64,000 nt of DNA from assembly GCA_010093995.1 (NCBI GenBank), contig ML992515.1:239533-303532 (forward strand), in the 5' to 3' direction. The position numbers and the translations under genes were made by a program. The DNA is from Elsinoe ampelina. Taxonomy: Eukaryota. Below, one piece after another: positions 57,651 to 64,000 of the stretch. The stretch's first letter is position 1. Each line of letters opens with the position of its first letter. The notes under the pieces are model-generated. The model was not told where the DNA came from. It saw only the letters and a list, made by a program, of their open reading frames with translations, and ran no database searches.

Positions 57651-59416
57651 GATGGCGACCGACTTTCTGGTCTCCACGTATTGTGTTAGCTTGTCAGAGA
57701 ATCGTACCTCATTCCAACAAGCTCAACCAGTCTGAGATCTCCACTAGCAGCCACCAGAATGTTCGAATATCTTAAGTTGAATGCTTGTCGCCGTCCATGT
57801 AGCTGGATGAATTGGAGACGGCGTCCGCGCCAATCAGGTCTCGCCAAGCGTGACGTCTGGCCAAAACGCGCTAAATTCGGCAGTCGCTGTCGATCCCGAA
57901 ACTCTGGTCGTCGAAGCTCGACTTCACATGTCGCTTTCCACAAACATTATCTTCTCATTTCGACGTCATCACCACCATATTGGTAGCAGTCTATTGAAGC
58001 TCCGAGTAGCTTCACAAATTGTCTTTGTGCAGTACTGAGCTGCAATCAAACCCTTCAGATGAGACTCGTGGATGCTACATCACCGCGAGTTTCTAGTTTT
58101 GTGCTTGATCATGATTAATCCTGATGGTCCTTGATGCTCGCTGTGTGATAAGAATGGCCACGAAGAGCATGAAGCAACCTATCATGGTGTGGGAAAGCTT
58201 CACGTGCGACGGGGAGAAAGTGCACCAGGCCATTGGGGCTTCGTGACAAGGTGAATTGCTTGCCCTGCCCATCATCAAGCTTTCCCTATACATGCTTTTC
58301 AACCTCCATATGGATATCGCATTTGTGATGTACTTATTTAAGCCCTTTCATTCATTCCGCGAGAAGAACCATCTTATGGAGCTGTTTGGAAATCCATTCG
58401 AGAATGCTATGGAAGGCCATAGTCGCGTCTTGCAGTGTTTACCTTTGCACGTGCAGTCTTCCACTTGGTTGCTATGGCATGTTTAGCAATTGAACCGCCC
58501 TCGATCACCGTCATCCGAGTCAGGTGTTGCTTGGGATTGGCTGCGACTCCAAGCTCGGATAATTTTTTGGACAGCTATAGCGTCGGTTACATGAGGATAG
58601 TTCTTCCAAAAGGACCGTGACCCTCGGAGACTGACGGCATAAGGATAGCGTTGCAGATCACTATCAAACAAGGTTTCGCTATACAGAGCATTTCAGCCTC
58701 ATGAAAATGCTCATCTGCCTCATTATGTGTGGTTTCGACGGTTCGTTAAGATACTAGTACATTGCAAAAGCATCACGAAGACTCTTCAGGCATTTCTGAT
58801 GCTTCCATGCGTATCTATTAGGCTTGCTATCTCTTGTACACCTTGTCGCCTGCGATATTGGGGTGGCTGGTAAGCTCGTCCATGTGCCAAACTCAGCGCT
58901 TGGCAAGTGGGTCAAAGGGCATCGAGTTGACGTCTGAAACGCTGCCTTTGCAGCAGTGTTACGTCCATATCGTCGGTCACGGCAACGGGATGCGCGCCCC
59001 TTTTGGGCTTGGGCTGGCGAAAATTCTGTACCAGGGTCCAGCATAAAAGGCTCCTTCCTCCCTCGCCCAATCTCCCTTCTTTTCTTCTCCCTCATACCAT
59101 ACAAACGTGTGGGAGAACTGTTCTCCCAAGCAAAGGTGCATGACCCTACCCTAACCTCTTTCACAGTCCCTGCTCAACTGCTCGCTCGACCGCTGCTGCT
59201 GACTGCTTCGCGTTTTGTTTTGCATGTGTGCGGAACAATCGTACTAACTATCGTTAGACCATATTGTCAACGACAATTGCTGCTTTGCAGTGTGAGCTTC
59301 ACTTGTCTTTACCTTTGCTATTGTTACTGACTATTGTTACAGCTCCCATCCTACCAGACGGCACAAGTAGTACCTCACATTTTCACATTGTCACATCTAT
59401 TCTGACTATTGTACAG

Positions 59417-61410
59417 TGTCCGTCAACAAGAATGAGCAGCCCTCAGCAGGCTTTAAATGCTCTGCTGTCCAAAGTGACAAGCAAACCTCTTCAAGATCCT
59501 CCTCGACTCACATCAACGACTCCACCATCTCCGACACTACCAACCCTACCATCTCCTTGAGCGAGCTTCAAGACGCACTTCCAAGCAACTCTACCGGCAA
59601 GATGCCTAACATGGCTACTCCTGCCGACTTCGTCGAGAGCAAGCACGGCATCACTCACTTCGTCGAGTTTGCTGGGCTTGCCACTGATCAAGCCAACATG
59701 ATCTTGGTACGTTGTCGACCAACTTCGCTATGCTCTTGACTAACGCTTTACAGGCCAGTACCGGTACACACGTCCTTGACCGTGTCATCCGCTTCCAGGA
59801 CGGCTTCTACACCACTATCTGGCTGGTCTTTGACGACATCCGTCTTGCCGAGCAGATTGTCAGCGAGAACGACCCGCATATCGTCCGCTTCGTTCCGACA
59901 GAAGAGGCTCTCGCCTTCTTGGGTGCCAACAAGCCTTACTTCAAGGTCGCTGTCAGTCACACCAAGAGTGTCAATCTCGCCCACCCGATCGGACAGATCA
60001 GTGTCTCAATCACTCATGACACTTCCAAGACCCCTGAAGAGGTTCATGCAGCTGTCGTCGACCTTGCCAATACTTACGGCGACCCCTTTGTCATCGCACT
60101 TGATGGCTACTATGGCGGTATCAACTGGCAGTTCGTCATCGAGTATCATGCCATTTCGAGTGTTGCCAGTATCATCAAGAGCTTCGGCCTTGAGACTGGT
60201 CAGATCATTACCGTGAGTATTCACGGCAAACTCCACCTGGCTCTTACTGACTCTCATCCAGGATGGCATCTCTGCTCGCATCCACCCCGCTGTCATCGAG
60301 CATACTCCAGCAACTCCGGCTCCCCGCCGTGAGGTTCAGACCTCTGCTACCGGTCGCACCAGCTGGGTTGGCGATCGTCTTCTCTCTCGACAGACTGGAG
60401 GTTCTTCACGCCCGCCTACCCGTCCCCGTCACTATCAAGGTCCAGGCGGCTATGGGTACGGCTCATTTGTTCCATCCACGCCGTCTCATCCTCAGAGCTT
60501 CTCCATGCCTCGCAGCCATCACCACCTATCAGGCCCAGGTCGTCCCCGCTCCCACGATCACAGCAACCAGGATGTTGATATCGCCAACATCGAGAACGGA
60601 TCAGACGTCCGCACCACTCTGATGATCCGCAATCTCCCTCGTTCCTTTGGGTACGAAGATGTCCAGAAGGTTCTCGATATTTCCAGCAAGGGTTACTTCG
60701 ACTTCCTCTACGTCCGCATGGACTTCTCTCAAAGCGTCAACATTGGGTACGCCTTTGTCAACTTTGCTCGTCCAGAGTACATCGTCCCTTTCATCAAGGC
60801 TCGTTGCGGAAAGCCATGGCCTTTTGTCGCTCACAGGAGATTGTTCGAGGTCTCTTACGCCACTATCCAGGGTCAAGACTGTCTTATCCAGAAATTCCGC
60901 AACTCGTCGGTCATGGCTGAATTCACCAAGTTCCGCCCCAAGCTTCTCTACACTGTCGACGACCATAACATCCCTGCCGGCAACGTCCCTGGTGATGAAG
61001 CTCCTTTCCCCGAGATCGACAATCGTCAGAAATTCGCCAGGTCGGTCGACAATGCTAAGACCATTGGTCTGTACCCGCCTCGTGGTTTCAAGGGCGGTCA
61101 CAAGGCTCGTCGTCCTCAGACTCAGTTCGACCGTGGCACTCCCGGCTATTTGCAGGATGAAGCTGCCTATGTTCAGCGTTCTGGTCGTCGTTTCTTCAAC
61201 CCCGATCTTGACCAGCATGGGTACGCCGGCCAGGTCAACTTCGGGCCGATCGGTCGTCCTGACGGTGGATATCATCAGGCCATTCCTCGCTACATCCCTG
61301 CCCTGCCCACCATCGACGCATTCGCCGGTGCTGAGGCGTACTACCCTCCAGCTCCTGCCGCCTATGGCTACCACTTCGGTGCTCACCCCTCCGGCTTTCA
61401 CCAATACTGA
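59417..61410 (+). CDS. Mei2-like RNA-binding protein (C-terminal RRM_2/Mei2 RRM3); start codon uncertain
   Basis: Motif 'DVRTTLMIRNLP...FDFLYVRMDF...NIGYAFVNF...YATIQGQDCLIQKFRNSSVM'. Introns at ~59707-59753 and ~60213-60261 join three ORFs. The first in-frame ATG is at ~59602. Confidence 0.85.
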
Positions 61411-62202
61411 GCGCTCACGACCTACTGTTGCTGCAATCTTCTTCATGCACCCAATGACTCGACCATCTTCATGATTGATGCACACTTCACACCACCAAGG
61501 TTCACACCACTATCAACATCGATGTCCTCCTGCCGATTCATGACGGAGCTTCACCTGCATCTCCTCCAGAGTATCCATCCACCATCTGGACTCGACAATA
61601 TTACCCATGATGCTTGATTGAAGGCGACATCTGGATCTATCTTTGAAGATCTGGATGCGTTCCTTGGCCAAAGATACCCCCGACTTTCCCAGGCACACAG
61701 CATTCACCACGGCGCATAATACCCCCTTGATTTTTGTTTCCAGCAACTCATCCTCAGTCCACGACGGCTCACGACCTTGAACGACATCCACTTGTTGCCA
61801 TACGATGGTATCCAAGAGCAGGAGAGCTTTCGGGACGATTGGTGCCATTGACTTTTTTTCCCTTTTCCAGCAGCAGCAGTAGTCGTTTGAGCAGAGCGAT
61901 AGATAGCCTAGAAGCCGATCACTAGAATCCAAAAGTTTGATCGCCATGATTCTTTCAATTATGACTTGTTGATATTCTAGCTACATTGGTGATGATCGCA
62001 AGTTCGTGGAGCAAGGAGAGCTTCATCTCCGATGTCCATCACCCCTCCAACATTCCTTGCTTGACGTGCATTGTGCAAGCAAATTTGCTCCGACAATGGC
62101 AAATGACACCTTGCCATCTCCTGGACAGATCTCGATACGCCGACAAAGCCATCACCGGCCACGGTAGCGATTATAGCGCGACCTCCATCCGCGGTATCCA
62201 AC

Positions 62203-64000
62203 ATGGTCCTCAGCCATCCTCTGCGGAAGGTGCTGCTCGCCCTTGCGAACGTCCTCATACCGATAGCCTGTCTGGTCTTTGCGACCGGCTTCTTCCCCTA
62301 CAAGCCCCTCTTACCAGAGCTTGCGACATTCGAGGATCAAGATCACCTTGAAGAGCTGAGACTTTTGACGGAGAAGAGCAACAATGGGGCATTGGTGGCA
62401 GCGAGGCCGGCAAGACTCTTTGACAAGGTCATATTCATGGTCGTGGATGCTTTGAGGAGGTGAGTAAGAGAGCTCATCCGAGGACATGTGCTGGATGGAA
62501 CATATGCAGCATTGGAAGAGCGTGAAGGGAAGGACGTCGAGCAGGGACAGCTCGCTGACTGGCCATAGTGACTTCGTATACGGCGAACACTCTGGCTTCG
62601 AGTTCGTGCAGAGGTAAGCAGCATACGTGACAACCTGCTAACCGAAGACTGACCAGCGACAGCCTCATCAGAGATGGCGGGGCATATCCCTTCACAGCTC
62701 ATGCAGCAGCACCAACGGTGACCATGCCCCGAGTGAAAGCTCTGACTACTGGATCTGTGCCATCGTTTGCGGACCTCATCCTGAACTTGGACGAATCCGA
62801 CACCTCGTCCTCCCTTGCCCATCAAGATACGTGGCTGGCGCAGATCCGACAGCATCTGTACGAGGTTCACAGTGATGAGCCGGGCATTGGCAAGATCGCC
62901 TTCTATGGTGACGACACATGGCTGAAGCTCTTTCCCGACTTCTTTGCCACCCATGATGGGACCAGCAGCTTCTTTGTCTCGGTTAGTGACTCCTTGGGAA
63001 GCTCCTCGACTGCTCCACTGTGGCGATTTCGTTCGTCATGTCTGCCCAAGTACATAGCTGAATGTATGTATAGGACTTTACAGAAGTTGACAACAATGTC
63101 ACCCGGCATCTCCCTTCTGCATTGAAATCTCAAAAGTGGGATGCCATGATCATGCACTATCTTGGTCTTGATCACATTGGCCACAAAACCGGGCCGCAAG
63201 GACCAAACATGCTTCCGAAGCAGAGAGAAATGGATGGCATCGTCGAGCAGATCTACCGGGCCATGGAGACGGAACCACACCTCAAGGACACTATTCTGGT
63301 CCTTGCAGGTGATCATGGCATGAATTCCGCCGGCAATCATGGAGGATCAGCAGAAGGTGAGACAAGTACTGCTCTCGTCTTTGCCAGCCCCAAGCTTCAA
63401 AGGCGGTCGAGGGTTACCAAACGGAAGGCTTTGTCTGCTCCGATACAGCCAAAGCCAGGCACCGAGTTCGACTACTACCGAAAGGTGCAGCAACCTGATC
63501 TGGTCCCCACGCTCTCAGCTCTTCTGGACGTACCCATCCCGAAGAACAGTCTTGGTATCATCATTCCTGATCTTCTGGATCTTTACTCGGACAACGTATT
63601 GAAAAGCATGAAGAACCCTTACCTCCAACTTCTGTACCGCAATTCTCTGCAAATGCTGGAGATTGTCAAGGCGACATATGGTGCGGACGAGTTCAAGGGT
63701 CTAGCAGGACGGAGTATGAAGATGGAGAAGTGCACCTTTGGCTGGGAAGGTAGAATGCAACTCCAATGTCTTTGGGGCAGGGCTCAAAGAATGATTCTTG
63801 GGGCTTCTATTGATGGTCGATTCACGATCAAGCAGCAGGCACAAGCTTTGCAAGATGTAAGCATGCGACCCCGCCGAGCATAGGTCTTATACTGACGACA
63901 GCAGTTCCTAAAAGAGGCTCAGAACACCTTGAGCGCTACCGCAAGCAGCTACAATGTCCTGCGACTTATCAGTGGTATTGCGTTGGCGATGACGGCGAGT
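62203..64000 (+). CDS. GPI7: GPI ethanolamine phosphate transferase 2 (PIG-G); runs off the 3' end of the window
   Basis: Motifs 'FATGFFPYKP', 'VVDALRSDF', 'PTVTMPRVKALTTG', 'GDDTWLKLFP', 'DFTEVDNNVTRH', 'HYLGLDHIGH', 'GDHGM..GNHGGS'. Introns 62460-62568, 62614-62662, 62982-63073 and 63857-63904. Confidence 0.93.

Noticed and set aside
57700..59000. Short ORFs between SEC15 and the Mei2-like gene
   Set aside because: No coherent exon chain, codon bias or motif; probably promoter or intergenic DNA.
60601..61485. 294-aa antisense and 275-aa alternative-frame ORFs over the Mei2-like exon
   Set aside because: Explained by strong C/T-ending codon bias suppressing stops; no recognisable motifs.
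1..64000. Transposons, RIP-degraded AT-rich blocks, tRNA/rRNA genes, secondary-metabolite cluster
   Set aside because: No transposase or RT motifs, AT-rich blocks, cloverleaf-like sequences or PKS/NRPS genes were recognised by eye. Small ncRNAs cannot be excluded without tRNAscan/Infernal.

Overview
Eukaryotic, gene-dense genomic DNA from a filamentous ascomycete (Dothideomycete-like; the lineage is inferred). Introns are short (45-130 nt) GT-AG introns with CTRAC branch sites. About 30 protein-coding genes can be supported. Recognisable housekeeping genes are SMI1/KNR4, ORC2, ARG7/argJ, LTV1, RMP1, ATG101, PEX3, an ABCC/YBT1-like transporter, NDUFA12, PGS1, SF3B4/HSH49, RPL28, TOM7, SEC15 and GPI7, plus an Rcf3-like gene and a Mei2-like RRM gene. 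Accessory-type genes include a giant Ser/Thr mucin with PAN/Apple modules, two Pth11-like receptors, three F-box(-like) proteins, a GT8 glycosyltransferase, an APH-fold kinase, a secreted protein, an orphan spliced gene, and a three-exon gene with a degenerate caspase-like (peptidase C14-type) motif series. I saw no tRNA, rRNA, CRISPR array or recognisable transposon. The most striking unexplained structure is about 12 recurring ~0.5-1 kb islands in which a C-rich arm switches abruptly to a G-rich arm, regardless of gene strand or exon/intron boundaries. All gene models were built by eye and family assignments come from motif recognition, not database searches.
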